This document shows positions 37,001 through 48,489 of a DNA stretch of 64,000 bases, in pieces. The DNA is from Mizuhopecten yessoensis (lineage: Eukaryota), in the NCBI RefSeq assembly GCF_002113885.1, contig NW_018408770.1, positions 714,458 through 778,457 of the forward strand, read 5' to 3'. The notes under the pieces are model-generated. The model did not search any database and had not been told where the DNA came from. It worked only from the letters and a program-made list of their open reading frames with translations. Position numbers and translations under genes: made by a program. The stretch's first letter is position 1; every line of letters starts with the position of its first letter.

Positions 37001-40000
37001 AATAACTTTATAACCTATTTTGTAGACCTCTCTGGGTCCGAGGATGAGGAAGGAGCGGCCGCCTTGGAGGAAAAAGAGGCATTAGCTCTACAGAAACGTA
37101 TCAACGCTGAACTGGATGATCAGGACTTTGGACTTGATATGTTCAAGGTATGTAGGGTGATAATAGTGTGACATGGTTGTACACTGTACTATAAACAGGT
37201 CCTTCACTGGCCCATCAATGGTGTACACTCTCATCATAAGTATGACCTTATCTTGTGCGAAGACCTCAACCTAACTAACACACCCATGTAGACATGCAGA
37301 AAGACAACTGAGTTTTGAATTATTTTGAAATAAGAATGTAATACTGAAATTAAAATGGGTGCTCTGGACACCCTTATTATAAGCATGACATTAATTTCTG
37401 GAATAACAGACTTATATGTACATTATATAAACGCATACAGATAATTGGTTATAAATTGTTTAGAATTCATAATTTAATACTGAAGTATAAGGGTGCTACA
37501 TGTTAAATAGGAGCCTTAAATTCAATGCGTCTGTTATGTATATTCAAAGACAGAAAGTGGAGTTTGTATTTCTTGCTGTTACAGGAAAAGAAGCTTGTGG
37601 AAGCTGAAAATGAGGAGGAAAAGATCACACAAGACTTGACAAAGCTGTCCAGGAAGGAGAAATTACAGGTATGTAATTTACTATACATTAAAGGTACATT
37701 AGAACTATTGAAGTATACAGGAAGATGGTTATATTTCTGTGTATGAACATTTTCTTCATCAAGCTGATCAGTAAACACTACATCAAATATTTGTTTTACA
37801 GCTTTTGAAGAAGGAGTCGCCAGAAATGCTGACTTTGATTGATGACTATAAATCCAAGGTATGTACTTCCTGTGAAAACACTCAGTGACGAGATCTCCTA
37901 ATTAGATATCCAAATTGTTTTCACCTTTAATCTTGAAAGATGTGTTTGATTATTTTTTGGCAAGATTTTGCTGTTGAATATATATATGCAAGTGTTATTG
38001 GTATATTTCCAGTATCATAGACATTCTCTAAACTTTACATGCAGTATCACCTGCGATACAGATTTCAATAAAGTGGACATTTTTGTAAAGCGTTAAAGAA
38101 AGAAATATATGTCAATGAAAATGTATTGTTTATCTGGACTTGATGACCCTGATGTTTTATTCAGGAACAGTAGTGTCACGATTTACAAGGTTTGACAGTT
38201 GTATGTGTATGTAACCTTCAGTAGATGGCAGAGATGAGAGACATGTTCATGTCACTGTTGACACTTCAGTAATCTGTGCATGCTACCCTTATATATATAT
38301 ATAGCAGGAGTGAGTGATGTCCTTATTCCACTGTTGAGACTGTATAAAGTTTTTTTACTCTTGGGTAGATGACTGAGGTGAGGGACATCTTTATGTCACT
38401 GTTGAGACTGTACACTATAATCTGTGTATGTTACTCCTGGGTAGATGACTGAGGCGAGGGACATCTTTATGTCACTGTTGAGACTGTACACTATAATCTG
38501 TGTATGTTACTCCTGGGTAGATGACTGAGGTGAGGGACATCTTTATGTCGCTGTTGAGACTATACTATAATCTGTGTATGTTACTCCTGTGTAGATGACG
38601 GAGGTGAGGGACATCTTTATGTCGCTGTTGAGACTATACTATAATCTGTGTATGTTACTCCTGTGTAGATGACTGAGGGGAGGGACATCTTTATGTCACT
38701 GTTGAGACTATACTATAATCTGTGTATGTTACTCCTGTGTAGATGACTGAGGCGAGGGACATCTTTATGTCACTGTTGAGACTGTACACTATAATCTGTG
38801 TATGTTACTCCTGGGTAGATGACTGAGGTGAGGGACATATTTATGTCACTGTTGAGACTGTATACTATAATCTGTGTATGTTACTCCTGGGTAGATGACT
38901 GAGGTGAGGGACATCTTTATGTCACAGTTGAGACTGTATACTGTAATCTGTGTATGTTACTCCTGTGTAGATGACCGAGGTGAGGGACATCTTTATGTCA
39001 CTGTTGAGACTGTATAATGTAATCTGTGTATGTTACTCCTGTGTAGATGACTGAGGCGAGGGACATCTTTATGTCACTGTTGAGACTGTACACTATAATC
39101 TGTGTATGTTACTCCTGGGTAGATGACTGAGGTGAGGGACATCTTTATGTCGCTGTTGAGACTATACTATAATCTGTGTATGTTACTCCTGTGTAGATGG
39201 CTGAGGTGAGGGACATCTTTATGTCACTGTTGAGACTATATACTATAATCTGTGTATGTTACTCCTGTGTAGATGTCTGAGGTGAGGGACATCTTTATGT
39301 CACTGTTCAGACTGTATACTATAATCTGTGTATGTTACTCCTGGGTAGATGACTGAGGTGAGGGACATGTTTATGTCACTGTTGAGACTCTATACTGAAA
39401 TCTGTGTATGTTACTCCTGTGTAGATGACTGAGGTGAGGGACATCTTTATGCCACTGTTGAGACTGGTGAGAGAGGGAAAGATCCAGGGAAAAGCTGGAG
39501 ACTATGTGGAGACTAAAACCAAACTTCACCTAAAGTAAGCTTTATTAATATTTAGAAATATATAAAACAATTTGTCGTAATCTATTCTTCTTTAAAATTT
39601 CATTTTTGTGTATATATCCATATATAAGGGACAAAGCAATTTGTAACTGATTGGTTGTTCTATGTACATATAATTATAGGCTGAATTAGTCTATAAAATA
39701 TACAATCAATGTAAGTAAAATATTCAGATCTTAAAGAAATTACTCTGGACACAAAAAGGTATTCAGCCTTTCTTATTATTATATAGCTATATAAAAGTAA
39801 TGATAGAATACATTCAGCGTATTGTGTTTGAAGGTGATTAACAGCCATACTGTGTGTACACAAATTCATTGATTTCACAAGTACAATACTTGTCACAACA
39901 GTGTGATAGTTTCATAAATATTGTTAAATTAGTACATTTGTGCCTACTTCCAGTGAGCAGTAACAGAGGTTTGAGTCTGAAAAGGAATAGTTCTAATCTG

Positions 40001-43000
40001 TTAATTTTCTCTCTCCACAGTTATTGTACCAATATCAGTTTCTACATGATGATGAAATCAAAACAAATTGCAGTTCATAACCATCCGGTGATCAAGCGCC
40101 TCGTACAGTACCGCAATGTAAGTTACCATATGAAAAACTGAATGATTAAATTGTTTTTTAACTGTTTGATTTAGTTTGTGTGAGCAGTTTGTTTTTTAGT
40201 TAAATGAGAACAATTTGATTAAAGCTATTTATGAGCAGATTGATGCAGTTATCTAAGTGAACTGTTTTATTCAATTTTGTTAGAACAGTTTAAATTTAAA
40301 TGTGTGAACAATATGATTAAGTTTTGTATAGAAAGTTTGATTTAGTTGTATATAAGCATTAACACATACCATAAGTAAATGTGTAAGTGAACTGAATTGC
40401 TCAACAGAGACCAAATATCCTAGCAGGTAGAATCTCCATAAAGAGTTCAGATGGGTCTGTGTATGGTTCTGGTTTGACTTGTCAAATTTTGCCTGTCCAT
40501 TTACAGAAAAATTGATAAATAGGAGTATTGCTGAAGTGTTACTGGTGGAGTTCAATAATTAACTGTCAACGCATTGCACAGAGTCCAACAGTCATACCCA
40601 TATTATAGTCCAGACATTGATGTTAGTGTCAAACAGTTGTACCAAATATGCACATTCTTATCATTCAAGCATTTGACAGTTATTAAGTCCCAAATTAATT
40701 ATCCAGGCTTATTTAACCATTATCTTTCTGTCGACAGTTGATGAAGGAGCTGGAGCCATTAGACAACCAATTGAAGGAAGAAATGACAGACATTTTGGAT
40801 CGGTTGAAGAAAGGAGAGGAAGTAGAATTTTCCTCGGGGGAGGAGAAGAAGCAGGGCTTTGTCAGGTACTTTATTAAAACTAGAAAACATAATACCATAT
40901 ACTAGGTATATCAAGTAATCAGAAATGCATTGATTTCACAAAAGTTTGAAAAACCCCCACAATACACAAAGTTGTGTTTATGTTGACATCTGTAAAAGTT
41001 AGGCCAGTAAATGCACAGTTTTTTAGAGAAGTGTTAAACTGGAGCAAACCTGGAAAATTTGCTGTAATTCTGTAAAATTTAAAAACCTCCTACATTTTGC
41101 TCAGACCACCAAGTTAGTGCTTTCTGAATACATTCTGTCCCAAGAAACAAAAAGGCCTGATATTTAACAATGATAATGAATTCACATACTTTAAATTTCT
41201 TGTATTACAGGCGTAAATCTGTCAAATCCTCCAGACAGAGAGTGGAAAATAAAAAACTGAGTCAGCTGGTGTCAGAATCCGATGACGACGAGGAGGACGA
41301 TGATGTTGAACCGAAAGCAAAGGTTTGTTGTGGTGCAGAACTTGTTGTTCCTTACGTGCAATAACTAATTATAACACCACCACAAAAGTTTTTGGTATCT
41401 GACATGTGATATTACTCATTGTGATGCCGTTTTGATGATGTCCCAGATTCATGGGTGGAGTTTTCCTGTCTAAGCACTCAGATAATGTGTAATTCAAAAT
41501 GCCTGGGATGAGTTTATGATTAAAACAATATCTTAACCTTTCTTTTCTGAAATTTCAAGCTCATTATTAATACATGTATATAACTTTTATGTATTAAAAT
41601 GGGAAATTGTTTGAGATTGTTAGAGCATTGTGTAATATTTAAACCCGGCAAATAAACAAAATGGTGAAGTTTTGACATCTTGAAATTAATTGGTTTAGAT
41701 TATATATTAGAATCAAATGTCATGTAACCAAACAAATGTCTGAAGATAAATGGCATTCAAGATATCCGAGTTGTAAACGCTCTACATACCAGCACTGGTT
41801 ATTGCACTGTAACTGTATATTGTGATCTTGTTTCCCTAGAATTCTGGGAGTGGAAGGTACGAGACAGAGGAGGAGAAGGCTGCCCTAGAGTACTACAGGA
41901 TGATGAAGGGAGCAGGGTCCAAGGATAACGAGGAAATGGACAGGTATGCACAGGTGTACAGGTATATGATCAGGACATTTGTTAGGATAAGTAAATCATT
42001 TGATGACAATTGTGAGCAAATGTTATACGAGAGGAAATATTATTTGAACTAAGGAAAATAGCAATTTTAGTTAACACTGTCCACCTTTCTTTAATGTAAG
42101 CTAAAACTTAGTCAAATAATCTTAATCCTGCATTTGTGTGGTTCCAGTGGTGCTGAGGAGAGGGAAGAGGCTCCAGAGGTAGACAATGAAATGGAGGAAG
42201 GAGAGGAGGAGGAGGAAGGCAAACGAGCCATCACTTTTCAGGTACATGTTTCATAAATTACTCTCCCTAAATTATCACAAACAAATTTAAATCAAACAAG
42301 TGTTTTGTGGAAAAGAACACTATAATATATTCTTTTTGAACAGTTCAAATAATTTTTTAAATGTTTTATTAAAGTTGTTGGCAGAGAAATATTTTCAAAT
42401 TCAGTTTAAATTATAGTTACCTGGGAAAAGTTGACTGTTAGATAACGACGACAACAATTTAATGGGTTCTGTATACATTAATATTGATTTAAGAAAAGGA
42501 GACATTGTTGAAAAGTTAAAAAAAACTTTCATGCATTTATATGATTGATTTGTGTTTAAGATTGCTAAGAACAAGGGCATGACTCCCAAGAGAAAGAAGG
42601 AGCAGAGGAATCCACGTGTGAAAAACAAGCTGAAGTACAGGAAGGCTAAGATCAGGAGGAAAGGACAGGTAAGTTGTGAAACAAGACACAGATCAACACT
42701 TGTGAATATCACATGACCATTCAGACAGGGTGAATCAGTTATTGATACGTGTTGAAATTTAATTTTACAATTCTATCATTAATTTAATTAATTACCTTCT
42801 TTCTAATGGTCCATTTAGACATTTAAATCTGTTGTCAAGACAATATCAGTCTCGGTAAACAAATGTATTTTTTGACAAATTTACCCGACATGCTGAATAC
42901 AAACTTTGATATGTAGTTCAATCTAGATTTAATGGTGTCAATCTCCACAGAGGTACAACTTATTCTATACGGGACATATGTTAATACTTACATTACTGTC

Positions 43001-43101
43001 TGTTTCAGGTCCGTGAGGCCAGGACAGAGATGGCCCGGTACGGAGGAGAGATCTCGGGGATCAGGGCTGGTGTGAAGAGAGGCATCAAGATGAAAGTCTA
43101 A
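34020..43101 (+). CDS. UTP3: Something about silencing protein 10 (SAS10/UTP3, SSU processome), 16 exons, ~512 aa
   Basis: Exons 34020-34030, 34599-34740, 35170-35223, 36031-36178, 36769-36843, 37026-37147, 37585-37668, 37802-37858, 39425-39534, 40021-40117, 40738-40865, 41211-41322, 41840-41943, 42148-42241, 42561-42668 and 43009-43101(TAA); 1539 nt. Motifs: LKKESPEMLTLIDD, NYCTNISFYMMMK, HNHPVIKRLVQYR, and the Sas10 C-terminus KRAITFQIAKNKGMTPKRKKEQRNPRVK...YGGEISGIRAGVKRGIK. The 11-nt first exon is the least certain. Confidence 0.93.
35745..36050 (+). repeat. Highly decayed ~63-bp tandem array overlapping the acceptor of UTP3 exon 4
   Basis: TCTAAGTCCTTGTGCTATAGGATGATTTTCCTTGGTGTT (35822) versus the real TCTAAGTCCCTGTGTTATAG|GGTGAGGTTCTCGGTGTT (36011). 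Intermediate copies lie at ~35887 and ~35948, with a trace at ~35755. Confidence 0.7.
38200..39466 (+). repeat. 76-bp (some 74-bp) minisatellite built from the acceptor plus the first 42 nt of UTP3 exon 9; 14 well-preserved decoy copies, 2 decayed copies, then the real exon
   Basis: Unit ATGACTGAGGTGAGGGACATCTTTATGTCACTGTTGAGACTGTACACTATAATCTGTGTATGTTACTCCTGKGTAG. Copies start at 38369, 38445, 38521, 38595, 38669, 38743, 38819, 38895, 38971, 39047, 39123, 39197, 39273 and 39349; the true exon starts at 39425. Confidence 0.96.
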
Positions 43102-43478
43102 ATTTACATATCAGTAGTCAAACATTGTCTTCATTGTTGTTTATTTAAGGTATCCTTATAAAGAACTGCTGTTTATTCTTACACGAATATCTATATGTGG
43201 GATGCATTGATAAAGTTTGGAAAGATTATCTTGAATTTAGGTATATTTTACCCTATACATTTACACCAAGACATGGCGAGTGTCATCTGAGACAATACAC
43301 CAGAGGTGGTATGCAGATTATTAGAAGAAGAATCCATTTACAAGTCATTGTGCATGTTTCAGATGTGTCATCAAATTATTAACCATGTCAAAATATCGAT
43401 TTGTTGGGGATATGAAAAGCTTTTAGAAAGAAGGATTTACAAAAAGGTAGCATTTACATCAGGAATTTCTGTTATATG

Positions 43479-43484
43479 AATAAA
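43479..43484 (+). terminator. Candidate poly(A) signal of UTP3
   Basis: AATAAA ~380 nt after the stop codon, followed by T/GT-rich sequence. Confidence 0.45.
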
Positions 43485-43908
43485 TATACATGTACATGTT
43501 CAGATTTTGATTGGATTATTATACAAGATTGTGTCATGTACTACACTTCCAAAAGGTCAAAATCCTATGGGGGGGGGTAATGTCTTATCACTGCGATCGT
43601 TTTTATGCATCATGTCCACCTATGGGCCAGCACGCATGGTGTCTGCTTGATATCGGAAGTGAATTTCAATAGATTCACTTCAAACTAAATAGGAAGGTTA
43701 ATACTATGAAAACACAGACAAGTTCAATAACCAAATCTATTGTATCATGACTGCGTGAGTTGTGGCCTTTGATAGAATTGCCGAAATGTCTGCTCAATAC
43801 TCCAGACAAGTTCATTTAGCACCATTATCTGACTAATTTATAAAGTTATGGCACCTTATGGACTTAAAATATATATATATTCCTTCAGCTCACTTTATTC
43901 AAGTACAG

Positions 43909-44243
43909 TGTGGCAGAACTGGAATGGGTCGATCGTAGGCAACCAGATAGCTCAATTGATAGAGCGTCCGTCTAGAGTTCGGAGAGTCCTTTGTTCAAGC
44001 CCCGGTCTGGCCATGCTTTTTTTCACCTCCTGTTACAGTGGTGCCTGTGACTAACCATTGTTTCAAGCAGTTGGTGTATGCTTGGCTAGGAGATACCCAA
44101 ACCTGGCCATGGGTTGTAAATAGTTGTAGGGTGAAGACTTGGAAAAAGGACTGGGTCGATCACTGGCGACCAGGCAGCTCAATTAGTAGAGTGTCCGTCT
44201 AGAGTTAGGAGAGTCCCAGGTCATTTGTCCATCTCCTGTTACC
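43909..44243 (+). mobile_element. Miniature non-autonomous LTR retrotransposon (TRIM) with tRNA-like LTRs
   Basis: TACAG target-site duplication at 43904-43908 and 44244-44248. LTR1 is 43909-44037 (TGTGGCAG...CTGTTACA). PBS TGGTGCC(T)GTGACT at 44039-44052. Purine tract GGAAAAAGGA at 44141-44150. A partly deleted LTR2 ends CTCCTGTTACC. Confidence 0.8.
43941..44013 (+). pseudogene. tRNA-like sequence inside LTR1; not a functional tRNA
   Basis: 73-nt cloverleaf with an A-box (TAGCTCAATTGATAGAGC), a B-box (GTTCAAGCC), anticodon loop CTAGAGT and a T7 run at 44017-44023. The acceptor, anticodon and T stems are mismatched. A truncated second copy lies at ~44168-44222. Confidence 0.7.
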
Positions 44244-47200
44244 TACAGTTTGCTTTTTCTTTCACCGCATTAAAGAAATAATTATCAACTATATTAGTAA
44301 AACAGTCGATTGTAGTTTCTTCTCCCTATATTTCCATGTACCATAATGCATTTAGATACAAAAATACATTAGAACCATTTTAAGTATGTCAATTTGGCAT
44401 GGGACAGACCTGTATTGTTCTGCCCTGCAGTACTCGTTTATATTGTAAATTTCAAATAACTAAACATTGTTTAATGAAACATATTAATGTGTATTATAAA
44501 GACTAGATTGTTTGTACAACAAACACATGGTCAGATTCACAACCAACAGGGCAAAGGTCAAGTGACTATTATTTTTTTTGACAAAATTTTGAACTACTTA
44601 TCTTCATAGATATATGATGTTTTTAATGAATAGACAAGTCACATGGTATTTGTCTCGACTATCACTTCTGAATAGCTGAACAGTGTTTATCAAAGTTTCA
44701 AAGACGTGTATTATGACAAAATGATGTTGTATACACTCAAGTTCACTCCACCAATGTCAAGGTCAACGGTAACAGGCTTGTAGTGTTCAAGTAAACTCCA
44801 TATTGTGTGGCAGTCTGTATTGTTAAGGTCAAGGTCACTACAATGGTTTAAAGGTAAACTACCCTATGCACAGCAAGGTCACAACCACAGAATGTTATAT
44901 TCAGTGGAACTTAATTTATCTCGACTACTATATCTGACTTAATTTGTACCCGAGGCAATTCAGAAAATCGTGGAACAGGTGAAAAGCGCTAAAAAGATCA
45001 ATTTCAAGCGAGTGCTTTTGTCATTTTCTTCAAGCATTAACAAAAGTTTATCCTGTGGAGCATTTCTTCTACAGGTAACCAATATGATAGATCCATAGTT
45101 GAAAATGAACTCTGCCCTTTTTTATGGAAACAAGATTAGTTGACAGTTTTTAATCGCTGAACAAATGCGAGAAATGAGGAGGCGACACTTTTCAAAACAT
45201 AGACGTAAGTTAGGCCAGATAGGGTGGTTGTTATGTTGTATACGTTTTAAAATAAAACAAGAACAAGGAAATCTTTTATAAGTTTAATGTAAGATGATTT
45301 CTTGACAGAGATTGTGAGTTACACACAAAGATATTGACAATACAACATGAACGACAGAAGGAAGTGGAGGACACACAAGTCTCTGACGTACAATAATACA
45401 TGTGGGATACATATAGTTATAGTTATACCTCTGTAGTCATATATAGATTGCACTCGGCCTCCTGACAGAAACGTTTCCTCCAGACTCTTAGCTAATTCAA
45501 ATGTCCAATATATACACTGTATGTATATCATAGGAACCAATTTGTTCCATATAAATGTGAATAGTATACAGATATCTGGAACATTATATATTAAACCAAT
45601 TTGTAATCATTTGGCATACACCTAAAAAGCTTACAAAAAATAGATATCAACCTTTTTTAAGAGATGCTTATATTAATGACTGGATACAAATTCTAACATG
45701 TTTACAGACAATTTAGTATCCAGGTACGGTAGGTTATTCCTTCATAATAAACAAAGAATTGTTACATACTGAGTATCTCCTCTATCTTCTTTCTATTCAT
45801 AATTTGTTTTACAACGGTACCATATTTTAAACTTCTCCAAATACATGTTAACTGCATTACCTATAGACATTCATACAATTAAAAGCATCAAATGTCTCCA
45901 ATTTCGTTTTACAGTGCAAGTTAATTGTACATCTAACATAAATCTTGCATATCTAAGTTTTGGTCGTATGATCAGGAACAGAGATCTTCATACTTTCAGC
46001 ATGAAAATACACACACATGATATTGTATCCTACATACAATATGCTCTTGGTTCCAGCTATACATATGGAGAACCCAGAAGCTTCAGTATTTGAACAACAT
46101 TATGATATCGAGCGCTAAAAGTGTCATCTCATTCTTGTAGGAGGTGGAAAAATTAAGCTAAGAAAATAAACAAATTAGAGAAAAATGCATCAAGTCAAAT
46201 ATTTTGGTACAGGCATGATCTTTTCTCCATTCACTTTAAGCCTTTTTATTTACAGCCACCAACAAATGTGAGCTATTTTGAAATTTCAGGATTTGAGTCA
46301 AATGAATTTATCTGTTGTCAACACAAGTATGGGACTACTACAACACAGTGACTAGCGGTTTATCAGGAATATGTCCTTACTGGACACACACCAGTAGAAG
46401 TGTTGACGTCATACACCTCTGTCACAATCCTCTCCTGACGCCCAATGACCTACATACATTATCCCAAGGGTGTTCTGTTCCCCAAAATCATACAAGGCAT
46501 ATCCTCCTTTAGCAAGTCAGTCATTTTTTTTTTTTGTAAGAGAATCTGTTCTGGCATTCATTTCCAACAAATCGAGAGAAAAATAAGCAGCCTGGATGAA
46601 AAGGAAATCAGATTTAATACATCCAGAAATATTGTTGATAACTGAAGGATAAACCAAGGAGTAGTGAATTCAGTCGACCAGGTAGAGCAGAGAATGCTAA
46701 AGAACTATAACGAATTTTAGCAGGATAATCTAATTCCATTGACCTATACAACCTATACAGCGGAATTTGCCATCCTTGTAAAGTAATGGCTAAACAATAT
46801 TTCATGTTTTAAATGGGTGTAATATTTGAATACAATGACTATGAAATCACAAATGCATAAAAATATAAAGAAATTACTGTATGAAACTACAAAGATACGA
46901 CACTGTCCTTGGATATAATAACGACATTGATGAGTTTTGTATAAAATTGTAGTTCTAATCACAGAAACCAATGGGGCACCAAGAATGCATATAATTTTAT
47001 ATTTTGTATATGTGTAGTACTGTATACATGCACATTGAAAATGCTTATCTGAAAAACAATTTTCAAAATTTCAACAAACGGTCAACTTCTATCGAGTGTT
47101 ACATACCCGTACTGTACTTAACACATTTGTCAAGTTTGGGAGATTCTTATGCATTAGTTCAAATTCCAATCTTCTATATTTTTTTGTTCTTGTATTTTGG

Positions 47201-48489
47201 TTTAGTTAAGAATTTCTCTATCACAATTTTACATGTGTGACCCTGTATTATTGTCCTCACTGCACAAGCAAGTCAGTGACACCATGTACACAAACAGCCT
47301 TTTGGCAAAATCATAGTAGAGAATTTCTACGAGGTAACATTCGAACTACAAAATGGAGAAATTCTAATCAACAGCTACTTGGTCTCAGTTTTACAAATCT
47401 CACCGTTAGTTCTTACATAAACAGTATTTATTAATGCCACTTTACTCTAAAACATCCTGCAAATAACCAAGTGAAGCAAAGAAATATCTATAACTGTGAA
47501 GCGCTGTTGTATAGGAGTAAAACTGGATACTGTTGACATTTTAAAATGTCCCTCTTTTCACATAAAAATCAAATTACATGTACTGAAAAATAATTAAAAC
47601 AGATCATGACATTACACTCCTAAAATCCATGCATGAATTTTGTTAATCAGTTGAACTGTTACACTAGGAGTATAATCCAGCAGAGAATTGCACTCCTTTT
47701 TATGTGAAGCACCCGATCATCAGGATGGACATGAATTTAGTCAAAGCTCGACAACAAACACAGTTCTTCCAAAATTATGAGCAATGATTGGTCAGCTACA
47801 GGTAACCATGGTGATTCACCCTCTATATTTGACATGAAAATGTTGGCAAATGGATGTTGCTGCAATATATTGTAGTAAATAAAACCAAAGTGAATAATGC
47901 ATTAATGACATGTTAATTACAGCTTTGTGAATCAAGAAAGCACATATATTGTCACTCTGTGATATACATACATACATCGTAACCCTCGTCACATCACCCT
48001 GTCACTCTGTGATATACATACATCGTAACCCTCGTCACATCACCCTGTCACTCTCATCATCACATATGAGTCACCTTATCAACCGACACATCCTTACTCT
48101 CCAAACACACAACATCCTAACACACTCTGGGATAGCCGGTGTAATATTGACCAGAAAGATTCTTAATATTTTTTGGAGATGAAATCTTATGGAATCAATG
48201 TCATGAACAAAACTTTACTTTTATCTGAAATTACTGTATTAATTTATGAACATTTAAAAAAAGTCTCAAGTACAAATGTACTATAATTATCCACAAGCTA
48301 GCAGCTGTAACTGTAATATGTTTTAATATTGTTGACTCATCACTTAAGGCTGGTACAACACACCTTATATAATCATCATTTGAATTTGAGTAAATATATG
48401 TTGGTCACTTCAATTCATCATCCTAGGATCTGGAAAATCTCCACATCACCAATCGACATGTTCACATTGTCAAAGCAACACAAGTAATC

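Noticed and set aside
34031-43008. Intronic snoRNAs in UTP3, plausible for a ribosome-biogenesis host gene
   Set aside because: I found no convincing C/D box pair with a terminal stem and no H/ACA layout by eye. An Infernal/Rfam or snoscan search would be needed.
43941-44013. Functional tRNA-Ser(AGA)
   Set aside because: The acceptor, anticodon and T stems are mismatched, it lacks the long variable arm expected for tRNA-Ser, and it sits inside an LTR.
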